A stretch of DNA of 56,476 nucleotides, filler included, from Sphacelaria rigidula (lineage: Eukaryota), in the NCBI GenBank assembly GCA_964200075.2. It is 5 parts of 5 records of this genome, joined end to end, with 100 filler letters (N's around TTAATTAATTAA, not from the genome) between each part and the next. Parts side by side here need not be neighbours in the genome. Positions count along the whole stretch, not along the records: positions 33,949 to 45,162 come from CAXNAA020005228.1; positions 45,263 to 56,476 come from CAXNAA020005229.1; 3 more parts are not named here. The stretch is one strand, 5' to 3'. The position numbers and the translations under genes are program-made. The notes under the pieces were generated by a model. That model had not been told where the DNA came from. It was given only the letters and a program-made list of their open reading frames with translations, and searched no databases. Numbering within the stretch: position 1 is the first letter of the stretch; the number at the start of each line of letters is the position of its first letter. Below are positions 37,893-49,400 of this stretch, one piece after another.

Positions 37893-38127
37893 CTTGCACA
37901 CATGTACAGAAGTCGCGTTATCCACACACACTGTAGGCAGGGGGGTCCGTTCAACAAATTTCGATGTATGCCGGGCGACTGACTGGCCGGCTGAGTGACA
38001 ATCCATGGTGGACGGAAATACGCCGAGGCACTTCGCTCCGTAGAAGTCACCCCCGCTGACAGCAAACAGAACATCCAGCACGCCTGTGCTTGAGGAAGAG
38101 CAGGGGATGGTCAGCGAGGATTCGAAC
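37893..38127 (-). CDS. Same gene, internal exon (3' boundary uncertain)
   Basis: gtgtcag|G TTC GAA joins in phase with the AG|gtgagt donor at 38200; reads FESSLTIPCSSS...VHVCK. The donor is weak. Confidence 0.5.
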
Positions 38128-38200
38128 CTGACACACACATGGGACAAAAACGTCTCACACCAACCACGACTGATGTCATGATGAAAACGGCGACACTCAC

Positions 38201-38521
38201 CTGCCGCCCGATCTCCGCCCGCTCACAGCACTGAAGCTACCATTCCCCGTCATCGCAAGACGTCCACTGGTAACCCTGTCGCGCATCGACGCCAGTAATG
38301 CAGAAGCGGGTGACACGCAGCGTCTCGTAGAAGGGCCGGGAGGGTACGTCGCGGCCAGGCCGGTCGTGCCTCGACCGCCGACCCCTCCGGGGCTAGGGTT
38401 CGGGTAACGGGCGACCAGATGTAGGTCCGGCCGACCTATGGTGCTATTTTGGGGGTATATGTCTGCTGTCGACGACTTTTGGGAGAACAGGGCTCGCGCA
38501 CAAGACGATGTGCCACTAAAG
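38201..38521 (-). CDS. Same gene, internal exon
   Basis: Long pyrimidine tract then aag|; FSGTSSCARALFSQKSSTADIYP...SGRRSGG; strong donor ag|gtgagt. Confidence 0.62.
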
Positions 38522-38869
38522 CTTTTTCGACGGGATGACATGGGCGAAGCGGAGAGAAGGGGGAGCAGGATAGGAAACAGCAGGGCAGGGCGGGGTGGAG
38601 CGGGACGAAGCGGGGTGGTGTGGGGCGGGGCTGAAAGCGTTCATGAGAAGGGGGCTGATTTGTTTGCTTGCTTGTGATGGTACTTTGGAGCCGAGCCCAC
38701 CACACCAAGAATAAGCAGAAGAGCAACGGCGTATCTGCAGCGTTACATGACGGTGAATGGGGGCCGGTTTTAGATACGATGTTTCGGGAAAGTGTGCATC
38801 GACACCTGCGTACAGAAGAAATGAAGCCTGAATGAGCTGATGACTATTATTCGCGACTACACGTTCCTG

Positions 38870-38988
38870 TTCTTCCTTTTTCTCTCAGAGCGTGTTTCAG
38901 TTTCGTTTTTGTTGGGTACGTCTATCATGAGACCACGGCTGGATCATGACCCCTGGGGGGGTCAGTTGAAGTGCGACAATCAACCAAT
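38870..38988 (+). mobile_element. Retroposon 3' end (same family as 30222-30335)
   Basis: Inverted match to 30222-30335; ends gacaatcaaccaat. Confidence 0.72.
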
Positions 38989-39205
38989 GAAAAAACACGC
39001 GTCATCCCGAAATAACGACCTGGCCCATTTGAAATTTACTACACAAGTAGCACATAATTTATCACAAGCTTGTGACTGACGTTGCTGTACACTTTTGTAA
39101 ACAGGGCTACAGCAACAGGAAGACAGAAGCTACTACTTGTGTTGCTGCTGTTCGTGTTGTTGTTGTGCGCGTTGCACGACGTTGTTGTGCCAACTTTTCA
39201 CCGCG

Positions 39206-39264
39206 AATATCTCAGCAACAAAGAGAGTATCTCAGCAACAAAGCGAGTATCTCAGCAACAAAGC
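39206..39264. repeat. 20-bp minisatellite x3
   Basis: ga(a/g)tatctcagcaacaaag(a/c) repeated three times. Confidence 0.9.
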
Positions 39265-39939
39265 AGAAGATTGAACTGCGGTATCTTGCGCACGCTTGCA
39301 TGACACCCAAACTAGGAAACCATAAAATAGGTTTCCCTGACGCGTCCCTCGAGCGCTGCATCAAAGCAAAACGTACTCGAAAAGGCTGTTTTTTCCCGGC
39401 TTGGGGGGCTTGGGGGGTTCGCTTTGGCTATTTGAGCAATTTTATTCTATCATTCCCTAGCGTTCGTATGAATGTGCGCAGGGCTGTAAAGTGCCACAGG
39501 CTGGCTTGCTTGCTTTGCCGAGGAAAACGCGATGAAAGTGCTGCAGTTGTCGTTTACTAAACCCAATTGACTAGAGACGAAGCGCGTGTCCTACTCAGAA
39601 CAGCTCGCAACAGCTGACGACGTGTTTATTACTCCTTCGCTGTTTTTCTTTTTTGGTCCTGCATGAATTGTTTTGGTCATCATGGCCCTCATTCACCCCC
39701 CTAACACTGCGCATGTGCGAAGATCTCGCCGTGCTGCCCAAAATCCTCTATCCGAGATTACACACCTATACATACATACATAGATGCATGTGTAGTACAG
39801 TGCGGCGACCTCTGACATACAAAAAGCCACTCGTTGCAAGGTCGCCCTTGTTTGCTGTGTTGATGTTTTCGACAAGATTAGCGACGTACCACATCCGTTT
39901 GTGCGTTGTGTGCGCGGCTTATGTGTGTCAACCCTTTAC

Positions 39940-40103
39940 TCATCACTGGATTTTGTCGTGTTTGGCTTCGATCTAAAAGAGCAATGGCAACCCTGATGAG
40001 AGTCGAGATTGAGGGAGTGGGGGGAGCTGCTTTGGGGCAGATCAGTAGCTGGTGCTTCACAGACTGCCACTACGTTTCCACCCACGGAACAGAGCGTGTG
40101 GAC
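39940..40103 (-). CDS. Same gene, candidate upstream exon
   Basis: ttcttag| VHTLCSVGGNVVAVCEAPATDLPQSSSPHS...KSSD |gtaaag; the phase-2 end matches the phase-2 start at 38521. Confidence 0.42.
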
Positions 40104-40397
40104 CTAAGAAGTCTGGGGTAGGATATCAACAACGTCTAGAATGTCCACCTTGATTTTTTACTGAAGGTGCATTTCGCCCAACTGCGTATAGTTACATTCC
40201 ACTTCTGTTTTGGCACCACTATGTAGAAGGGACACTGCCCTGAGCCTCTCGTGCGATAAACGGAAATAGCCCGTTGTTCCAGCTAGCCGATAGGAGGACG
40301 TGTGTGATGACTGTTAATGCCCCCACACCGTACATTACGCGAACTCGAGGGGACCATGAAGGCCGGGGTGAAGGTAGCAAGGGTCGGATGGATTAAT

Positions 40398-40635
40398 GAC
40401 CCGTCCGGAAATTACTTGATTTTAGTGTAATTGAATCGTGCCGTATGAAGCAATCCTTAGGGTTTGTTTTCAGCGTTGCAGCGCAGGCACGCGCAGCTCA
40501 GGCACGTGGAGTGGCATAAAAATAGATTGAGTGAAGCCCTCTTTGATCAGCGGTCAACTGTATTTTTTTCTTTCGAGCAATCAGGCCTGAAAAATCGTGA
40601 ATTTGGTGATTCGAACCGGCGATGATTCGTCCGAA
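40398..40635 (+). repeat. Dispersed repeat, copy 2 (copy 1 at 18318-18549)
   Basis: Colinear ~230-bp match. Confidence 0.88.
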
Positions 40636-41549
40636 CTGTGGAAGGTTCTTCTGTGTTCCTTTTGTTTTTTACCTGAGTGACCGTTCCCTACGGACTTGGC
40701 TGGACTGCGCCCTAACGTTGTACGACCGCTTCGTCATTGGGTCCTGCCGATTGTCTACACCTGGTGAGACAGCACAACGTGCACACACTTGTGGAGATGA
40801 GAGCCCGCTACTGAGAAGCATGAAATCGGGCCAAAGCTTAAAGTTACTGTCCTTGAAGTTGTTCAACTGTGTCGAGACGTACTGTACATTCTTGCAATAA
40901 AAGCCTGCAGCCTTTCACCCCGGATTCTCGTACAAAAATTCTTCCTATTGCAATTGTCAATCAAACCTGAGCCTTATAATATATAAATCTTGCATGTCTG
41001 ATCTGTTACAAGGGGCTGGATCTGTATTGATGGATAGAGAGAGACAGAGGTTACGGATCGACTCGAACGAAATGTTAGGTTTTATATGCCTGGCGAAGGA
41101 ATAATTGAGAAGAAAACAAATAAAGGCGCGCGCGCGTGCGTTGGAAAATCATACATACACGTACGCTGGTAGGGTATCGTAACTCGGGCATGGTTTTTCT
41201 TCGATTCGTAGCTACATTCCTCAAATCCATGGTAAACCAGACGCTCACAATCGCGGACACAAACGAACATGCTACAAACATCGATCTAGTCGCCCAGCCC
41301 TACCTGTAAGGGCCGCAAAATACCGACCAGTTTTACGTATACCACCGTGCACTTTAAGCCCAGGTGTGATCTGCATAGCATAGTTTTTTACACTACGGCC
41401 TACTCTGGACCTACCATTGTCAGAAGTCGAGAAGACAAAATGTACACATGCACGGTCAACATACAAATGCTGAAGAATCTGTCCTCTGATTCAGGCCATC
41501 TTTTTGGTACGCTCTCGGGTGCGATGCAGAAAAAACGATTTTTCCAAGG

Positions 41550-41998
41550 AACACGGGATTTTACAAATTGGGGATGGATCTTTTGTTGGGGATGAAAACC
41601 CGGAGGATTGAAATCTCCGTATCCACACCAAATCTTCGAAGTATGCTTCCATTTCCTCACTTGCTGGTTGTTATTGACAGCTACTACACTCCATACAAAT
41701 TTGGATTTCGATAACCGAAAAGTCGGGGTCCCAGTGGAAAAAACTTCTTCTGTTTTTTTTTGGGGGGGGGGGTTAGGTGTCCGATCGGACGCCAAAATTG
41801 GTTCCTCACCTAGGATCCCGACATTTCGCTTATCGAAATCAAAAATTGTATGGCGTGCGGTAGTTGTCAATTGCTGCCAGCAAGTGAAGAAATGAAAGCA
41901 TACTTCGGAGATTTGATGTGGATACAAAAATTTTAATTCTCCGGGTTCTCCTCCTCAATGAAAAGGTCCATCCTCATTTCATTGTAAAATCCCGTGTT
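41550..41998. mobile_element. 449-bp foldback MITE with ~190-bp TIRs and a 4-bp TSD
   Basis: AACACGGGATTTTACAA / TTGTAAAATCCCGTGTT; the arms stay alignable to ~41735 and ~41808; AAGG on both flanks. Confidence 0.88.
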
Positions 41999-42845
41999 AA
42001 GGGCTTGTCCAACGAGTGACACTTGAACATGGTGCTATAAGTGTGTGTGCACCTTCTGTATGCTTCACATATCGGACAGATCATGATCCATTTGACGTAA
42101 CTCACGTAATATATATATATATTAAAAAAAAACTCTCGAATCCGTTGGTCCTAAAACAGACAACATGTGACCGCGGAGTGAGAAAATCCAAAGCGAAAAC
42201 CTTTGCGCTACTCGGCGTGCTCGGCGCCCGTTGCCGTAGGGTGCCAAATGATCCGGATCATGATCCAGATCACTATACTGAGAGGCAGGTATTTGCTGGC
42301 CACTTTGTACGATAGCCCTCCCAAAAAACGTGGCTGGTTTGGGGAGGCGAAATCTACTTGTACATCGAAATGAAAAAAGCCGAGCACAACGAGGAGCTTG
42401 GAATTTCAACGTTTGTGTTTGTTTTCATCAACGTCGCCCAGATGGGGCGCTTGATTCAGCCTGAAACCAAACACCAGGCGTTGTATGACCATTTTTTTCG
42501 TGACGGTTTTGGGCTGCTTTTTGGAGGGAAGGCTATCGTAGAAAGTGTCTCTGACGGATCATAATCTACCCGACGTGTGGTATACTTGAGATGACTATCA
42601 CCGTGGTATGTTCCGGGGCCGACGCCAGTCGTGCGGTGACCATCCTCGGCTCCACCTCGTAGAAACAGCACACCGTTGCGAAGCGAAACTGGTGTAGAGG
42701 GATGTAATATTCCGAAACAGCGGGTGTGGAAAACGCAAAAGCAAGGAAATCGAAGGTGAAGCACACAACTCGTGTATCAATATCCACGTATACACACTAT
42801 TAGACCACGGGCTCGTCCCGAGAAAGGGGAGGGGTTCAAAGCGCG

Positions 42846-42914
42846 ACAGATAAATAAATAAATACATACATACACACATACATACATACATACATACATA
42901 CATACATACATACA

Positions 42915-42945
<31 letters not shown>
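42846..42945. repeat. (TAAA)n/(TACA)n microsatellite
   Basis: Tetranucleotide run, probably the tail of a short retroposon just upstream. Confidence 0.92.
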
Positions 42946-42947
<2 letters not shown>

Positions 42948-44481
42948 TATACTAAAACACATCCAAAACACCACAACCCGGACCAAGTACACGGAAATAC
43001 GGGTGATGATAGATTTTGAAAGACATGAATGCCCGGTTGCAACCGTGATACTCATAACCTAGCTTGCAAATACCTGCGGTACGTCTAAATCGTTAAGGTT
43101 CGTGGGATGACCTGTAGCATCACATTTCATTGATATGTACACATGAAAGGATGATGAGTCTTCGACAAACGCGTATGGAAATGTTTCCCCAGTATGTCGT
43201 AGTAGCGATACCCCCCCCCCGTCCCCCGGTCCCTTTATGAGCCTCTTTGGCCGTGCTTTGACGAGAAAGGCTCTGAAGGGGTAAACCTTTCAGCCGGCTA
43301 GCGGTGATGATGTGTTGGCACCTAAAGGGTGCGTTGGGTCGCCAAGCCAACGCTCTCCACAAAAGGCTGGTCCATGAGTTTTGGAGTCTGCTTGCTGGTC
43401 CCCCACCCTTATTTTCTTGCCCTCCATCGATTTTACAGCGTTCCTTTGCTCGCTCAACTTCGGGGATTTCTATGTTTATTTGCCGCGTCGGTTAGGGTCG
43501 GGATTCGAACTGGGGACCGCTTCCTACTCAGGAAGCGCACCGAGTCATCTCTCGGTGTCGCCAAGTGAAAAAGTGGTGGGCCCTCTACAGTCACTGATGG
43601 ATTTATTTTCCCGTCCATGTGGCAGTTTCCACGCGTGTAGCGAAAAGGATTGCAATAGAGTGCAGGAGCACAAATACGAGAAAACCCCGAGAAGGAGTAA
43701 TACTGGTAGAAATGCGTCCCTGCTTCCTTCGGCGAAAGGAACCACGTCTTGGGAGCGAAAAGCGAGCAGGCGGAAACAGTTCTCACCATCAATTTCCATT
43801 CTTAGGGGGTAAAGACACGAACCCCGCCGTCAAGATGACCTACTCCGGAGAAGCGTACAGTACTACTCCACCGCAAATTGGTTGCAATGACCGACGCCAG
43901 AGCTCGAGTAGATTCCACTACCAAGTCCAGTGAATATGCATCCCCAATATTTTGTAGCGTGCATTGAAGATTTATAGCCACACACTCACACACAAATGTT
44001 GGACGCAAGAAAATATTTCATTCCAAGATCGCTTCCTACGACACCCGTTCCCGACCTCGATCCATACCCAAACTTCGAAAGCCGTGATACGGCCCCAGTG
44101 CATCCAACCCTAGCCCAGTATACATTGTCGTTCCGTGCACCATGAATTAAACGGTGGCGCACGATCTCCTGCGTTCGGTGCAAAACCCGATGAACAAATT
44201 AAACACCAAGTTCGCCAGGGATGATACAATCCAACGTACGTGACATAGCACATGTTAATCTTCTTTCCGTGTCGCACATTGAAGCCCCCCCCCCCCCCCC
44301 CCCCCCCCCCCGCCCCGCCCACCCCCCCGGGAACCCCCCCCCCGCGCGGGGAGGCGGGGGGGCACGGGCGCGCGTCGNNNNNNNNNNACTCCGCCAGGGT
44401 GGCTACAATCCAAAGCACGTCACCACCCCCCTGTTAATCTTCTTTCCTTGGCCCCCACTGACGCCCCCCCCCCCCCCCCCA

Positions 44482-44606
44482 CCCGAGCCTGGTCCGGTCA
44501 AAACCCGGCGTGATCCGTCCCGGCTCTGTAGGGATGCGAGGTCAATGGTCTAATGACTATGTCATGCAAGATCATGAGTACATGAGTACATGAGTACATG
44601 CCCCCC
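44482..44606 (+). mobile_element. Retroposon 3' fragment flanked by C tracts
   Basis: aaaac.cggcgtg.tccgtcccggc...gtagggatgcgaggtcaatggtct..tgacta.g.catg is shared with 45068-45134, 33949-33990 and 26206-26232; ends (catgagta)x3 then C-rich. Confidence 0.75.
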
Positions 44607-44687
44607 TCTGTCCCCCTCCCGCCCACCCCGCCCACCCTTTTTCCTTGTTGGGGGCTGGCGTCGGTTGGCAACGACACTGTAAAGCAC

Positions 44688-45162
44688 GCCGCTCACTGTG
44701 TAAGATAGGCAACCAGGTTTGCCGAGGCGGATTTGTGCTTGCGTTGTTTGCGATAACCATGATGATGGTCGAGCTAGCTCCTATTGTGCGGGGTGGGAGA
44801 ACCTCAACTTCGCGCAAAGGGGATGATCATCCTACCTAGCGTTGAAATGGTGAAACACCCATGAGACAGTGTGGAACCCGTGACTGTCTCTGGAAGTGGC
44901 GGTACAGGAAAATAAGGCAACTCATCGGAGGCTGTCATCCAAATGCACGATAATCAGTAGGCTTAGGGCCGAATAATATTAGCAGGATGCAGCTCACCCT
45001 TCTTACTACCCGCCGAACACACCACGGCGATTCGCGCTTGGTGACTGACTGCGAGTCTGGTACGGTAAAAACGCGGCGTGCTCCGTCCCGGCGTCGTAGG
45101 GATGCGAGGTCAATGGTCTTGTGACTACGGCATGAAAAATAATAAGTATGCACTCCAGTCCC
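44688..45162 (+). mobile_element. Longer copy of the same retroposon family (5' boundary uncertain)
   Basis: The 3' part at 45055-45150 aligns with 44485-44582. Confidence 0.55.
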
Positions 45163-45262
45163 NNNNNNNNNNNNNNNNNNNNNNNNNNNNNNNNNNNNNN
45201 NNNNNNTTAATTAATTAANNNNNNNNNNNNNNNNNNNNNNNNNNNNNNNNNNNNNNNNNNNN
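45163..45262. other. Artificial contig-joining linker
   Basis: N44-TTAATTAATTAA-N44. Confidence 0.97.
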
Positions 45263-45425
45263 TCTTCCGTGCAAGACAGATATGCCACTTCAGCCCCATA
45301 TTTTGTATGAACCCCAAAATATAAAATCGACTGTTATGACGTATGTCGGTGGATTCTTCTGTGGCCTTCCGCCGCAAAAATAGTTGTTGTCGATATTTTA
45401 GTTTCCCATATTTTCTTCTTTATCA

Positions 45426-45682
45426 AAGTGATGCTACGGTAGGGGTAGAGAAATAGTTTCTGAGATTTGAATTGTTAGAAGCCCCTTATCTCATTCAAAA
45501 CACGAGTAATAAAAATATGCGAGAGTACGCCAGGATTACGAGTCCAATGCGCTGGGGATATCCCGAATACATCTGCAAACGGGGATGCCCTGACCCGTAT
45601 TCTTATGCGTCTAGAATCGTCAGGAGCCCCTGAACCAGACAAAATTTGGCGAAAAATGTGCACCCCTACCGTAGCATTGCTC
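45426..45682. mobile_element. 257-bp Sola-like MITE, copy 2 (inverted)
   Basis: Reverse-complement match to 28759-29015; exact 4-bp TSD ATCA at 45422-45425 and 45683-45686. Confidence 0.87.
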
Positions 45683-46041
45683 ATCAGCGGTGGCAATAAT
45701 ATGGTGTCTGGACCGGGGGCGGGAGGGGAGGGTTCTCAAAGGATTCTTTATTATCAAGACGCGGAACACAACTCAAGGAACCACAGAGACAAAAAGAAAT
45801 CAGAAAACTAGAGCGAGTAGGAATTTCAGTTCAGAACAAATGTCGTAATTCCATGAAAAAAACGGTGGTTGCTTGATTAATGAATGTTGAACTTACGCGC
45901 AAAATATCTGTAGCCGAATAATACCAAGCCGTAGGTTTCAGTATTATCGCATGCATGATTGGAGCAGTGGCAGGGGACAGGGGATCCTGGATTGATGGCC
46001 CTTATCTGTGTCGCCCCCTATTGCTGGCTTGTGATGTGATC

Positions 46042-47125
46042 TGTTGAGGATCACTCCGCAATAATAACAAGTTAGAAGAAAGGATTTGTCGAGCACGAGG
46101 GCAGTGCTACTGGAGGGGTCCCTCGTCAAAAGTCCTCTTGTCGAGATCGTCTCGCAGAGGCTATAATATGTAGATATTACTCATCCGTCACTCCCTTAGA
46201 GGAGTTTGACTGAGGAGAAAAGTGGGCTGCAGCTGAAAGCCTGTTGAGCCCGCAGACAGAGAGACCAACTTGGAGCGCACAGCAATGGGGGACGCTCCGT
46301 GGGCTGTAGGACGCACAAGTCAGGCAAGCCTCTCTCAGTGAAGGTCGAATTCTAGTCTACATGGCTCAAGCGGCGGCAGCGCCGCTGGTGTTAGGTGAGT
46401 CACTAGAGCCGCCCAAGTATGGCGAAGTGTGGACTGAAGAATCGTCGAGAATTTTCGATGCCAAATATCTTGATTACAAGAAGAGGCTATATTTAGCCAA
46501 TGCCACAGGGGGCATACGGCATGAGACAGTGAGCATCGGTCGACTCATCCCTACCTATGTTCACCGGCGCTTCGAAGATATGTACAAGGACCGTCGGGCT
46601 ATGACCCCCGACGAATTGCTAGATGCTGTGGAGTAGCATGCCGGGTGCACCACAACCGGCGGCAAGCGTGACACTGCGCGGGCCGCAGCAGACCTACGTA
46701 GAGTTCTTGCCATGACACAAAGCGGCGGAATATATGTGACGGATCATGCGATGATGGTCAGTTCATCGATGGAAAACCTGACGGTGCAAGTCATGTACCG
46801 TGCGGAGGATAGGAGTTGGTTGCCAGGCCCGGCCGAGTCGGTTTCCATAGCTTTGGTGGACGGGGTTTCGCCTCCGGAATTCAAGGCGTATGTTAGAAGT
46901 GTACTAGCGTATGTTGACGGCTGGAAAACGAACCCGGCGGTGGTGTTCAAAGCAAGATTTGATGCTGCCGATCAGTGGAAATCCATTGAAACACATGGCC
47001 GGCGCGATTCTGCGGCAAGTGTAGGTAGTGCCTGCCGCAAACAGCAACAGCAATAGGATCAGCAGTCGTATTCGCGAGCGTCGTCTTCTCGCGCGTGTTA
47101 TAACTGCGGCGACACCGGATATCTG
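46042..47125 (+). mobile_element. Decayed LTR retrotransposon 5' part: LTR-like segment, PBS and gag pseudogene (Ty3/Gypsy-like)
   Basis: TGTTGAG..ACCAACT (46042-46270) then TGGAGCGCACAG; ORF from ATG 46361 with in-frame stops, LVDGVSPPEFKAYVRSVL..WKTNP, ending in a broken zinc knuckle CYNCGDTGYL at ~47096-47125. Confidence 0.68.
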
Positions 47126-47139
47126 ATGACTAATAATGC

Positions 47140-48195
47140 CGAGAAAGCCCCTCCACAAGAAGTGCACCGGAGACCGTCCGACAAACCGGCGAAAGACATG
47201 TTTCCACTCGACGCCGACCTAGTTCTTCAGGGCCCTTTCGTTGGTTTGATAAAATTTTTCAGTGCTCTGTACTGCTTTTTCGAAGGACCAGATATATGGC
47301 GGGAATCAGTTGTGGCTGGTTTCCAACCGGGATCAGTCACGTTGGGGTTACGTACTGAAGATGTCTTGGAACACATACAACAGTATATGGCATGTGAACA
47401 AATAAACAAGCCAAATATATACAGGAAGTATGACGAAAACTCTGATTATGCAGCATTTGATTATACTGCGATAGCCCCACCCACAAACAAGTGCATCAGA
47501 GATCGTCCAACAATGGGAAAGATGGCGCGTTTTCGCCAGATGTCGATCTGGTCCTTTGGGGTCTCTTTGCCCGTTCAGGATCCTCTTTTTTGGGCTCGCT
47601 ATCGATTTTGCTAAGGGCCAGAAATCCCGTCAGGAATCGTTTGTGGCTGTTTTCGAAACAGGATCAGTCACATTGATTGTCGCGCCGACGACATTTCCCC
47701 TCAACACCTGCAACAGTATGCACGCGTCGGGCGTTGGTTGCGCATACCAAGTTGTCGATACATAGCCCATGCTGAAGGAATCAACGAGACGAGAGGAGGG
47801 TACCCAAATCACGAAACGTAAAAGACGCAGATATGACTAGATAGCAACGCGTACTACAATACCCACCTGCTCTGCTCCGTCGTTGTCGGGTAGTCGTACT
47901 GTCGAAAATAGACCTTCGATGACATTATTTCACACGCCCAGCATTGCATGGGGCCAGAAATGCCACGAAGAACCCTTTGTGGCTGGTTTCGAAACCGGAT
48001 CAGCGACGTTTGGGTTACGTACTGATATTTTTTCAAACAACACATGCAACAGCACTATACGTAGCCTATGGAGAAAGAAACAAGCAGAGGAGAGGAAGCC
48101 AACTGTATATAGAATTTAGGAACATGTTTATCTGATTATGCATCATTTGATGATGCTGCGATTGCCCCACTCACAAACAAGTGCATCGGAGACCG
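47140..48195. repeat. Degenerate tandem repeat, ~330-bp unit, 3 copies
   Basis: gg.ccaga.at...ttgtggctg.tttc.aa.c.ggatcag.cac.ttg near 47285, 47615 and 47951; tctgattatgca.catttgat.at.ctgcgat.gccccac.cacaaacaagtgcatc at 47441 and 48131. Confidence 0.85.
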
Positions 48196-48779
48196 GAGTG
48201 GGGGTAACAGCCATATCATGTGAGGTCGAGAGCACGAGAGTTCACCAAAGACGGCAAAACAATCATTCCATCTGGGGATTGGCTTTCATGTACCCGTAGG
48301 CCGGTTGCCACCTGCTACAGCATCATCCAGTGTCAAAAGTTTCGGGTCGAGGGACCACACGGCATATCCTATTCTCGTTTACGAGTGAGGTGTCGACATT
48401 TAGCAGGATCGATACACCTCGCTGAACAACAACAGATCTTCTTATAGCCGACCATGCTGCAGGATGTTGTGCATATGACACCATACATGTTGTCTGTGGT
48501 TGAGTGACTAGCTTCCCGGATCTTGCTACGGTCTCGTGTAGTTCCATCTCGGAACCGAGCAGAATCGCTACGCCCCGTGTTGGGCATCTTTCGGGGTGAA
48601 GGTATTTAAGGGGCCGGTCTCCAGGGAAGCATCGATGCAGTCCTGGGCGGAAGTCGTGCTTCCTCCTAGTGTCGCAGGGAGGTGGTTGTGTGTTTTCGTC
48701 GATCACACCGGCTATCATTGCCACTGCGTCGGGATTCCGAACGTCGAAACAATCACTACGTCTCGGCCGTATTCCCGTC

Positions 48780-49400
48780 CTGCCACAGATAAAGGGGCTG
48801 ATCGTAAGAGGCGCAACATCAACAACGGCATTACAAACTATGTCGCTGGGGTGACCCCGAAGTGCAGCCCAATGCTGTATTGCCCATCTACTACATCCTG
48901 TACTTTGCCACCAGTCGTTCTCATCATATCGACCTTAGACGCCACACTCGCCACCGTTTCCGTAATTGACTTCGGCGCTGATATCAATTGTCGCACTTAC
49001 ACTTACAGTTCAGCGGCGCCCCCAGAAGTTAATGGGCGTTTTCTTCTCGTCGAACATTCGCCGCAGTAACTCCTCTGCAGTGGCCCGATGGTTTCTGTGA
49101 GAGCTCTGTGTGATACTCCACTCCCCGACATTTCTGCGATGAGTACTCGACGAGCGTGTGAACCTGGAGTCGAGTCTACAATAGCAGAACTACACAGCAC
49201 TCATTCATCTCCTTCACGGCCTCAACGATGATCAGCTGATCTTCATTTGATGGCCCATGCTCGTGGACTACACCTTTGCGGCGGAAATGCTAGAAGTGCT
49301 TGTGGCCAATGAGCTTCTTCATCACCGCACGATGGAAATCAGCATCCAGTACCTCATTACATTTGTTTCTTTCACGCAGGGTGCGAACGGCGTCGTCGAT
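48780..49400 (-). pseudogene. Possible highly decayed gag/aspartic protease remnant
   Basis: Across a frameshift the minus strand reads VSATIDISAEVN/SITETVASV, resembling a retropepsin D[ST]GA motif context; many stops. Confidence 0.3.

Noticed and set aside
40637-40994. Solo LTR (TGTGGAAG...CTTGCA with AATAAA)
   Set aside because: No TSD, PBS, PPT or second copy visible.
43490-43560. tRNA gene on the minus strand (GTTCGAATCCC); similar B box at ~26945
   Set aside because: No acceptor stem or proper D arm; at most decayed SINE heads.
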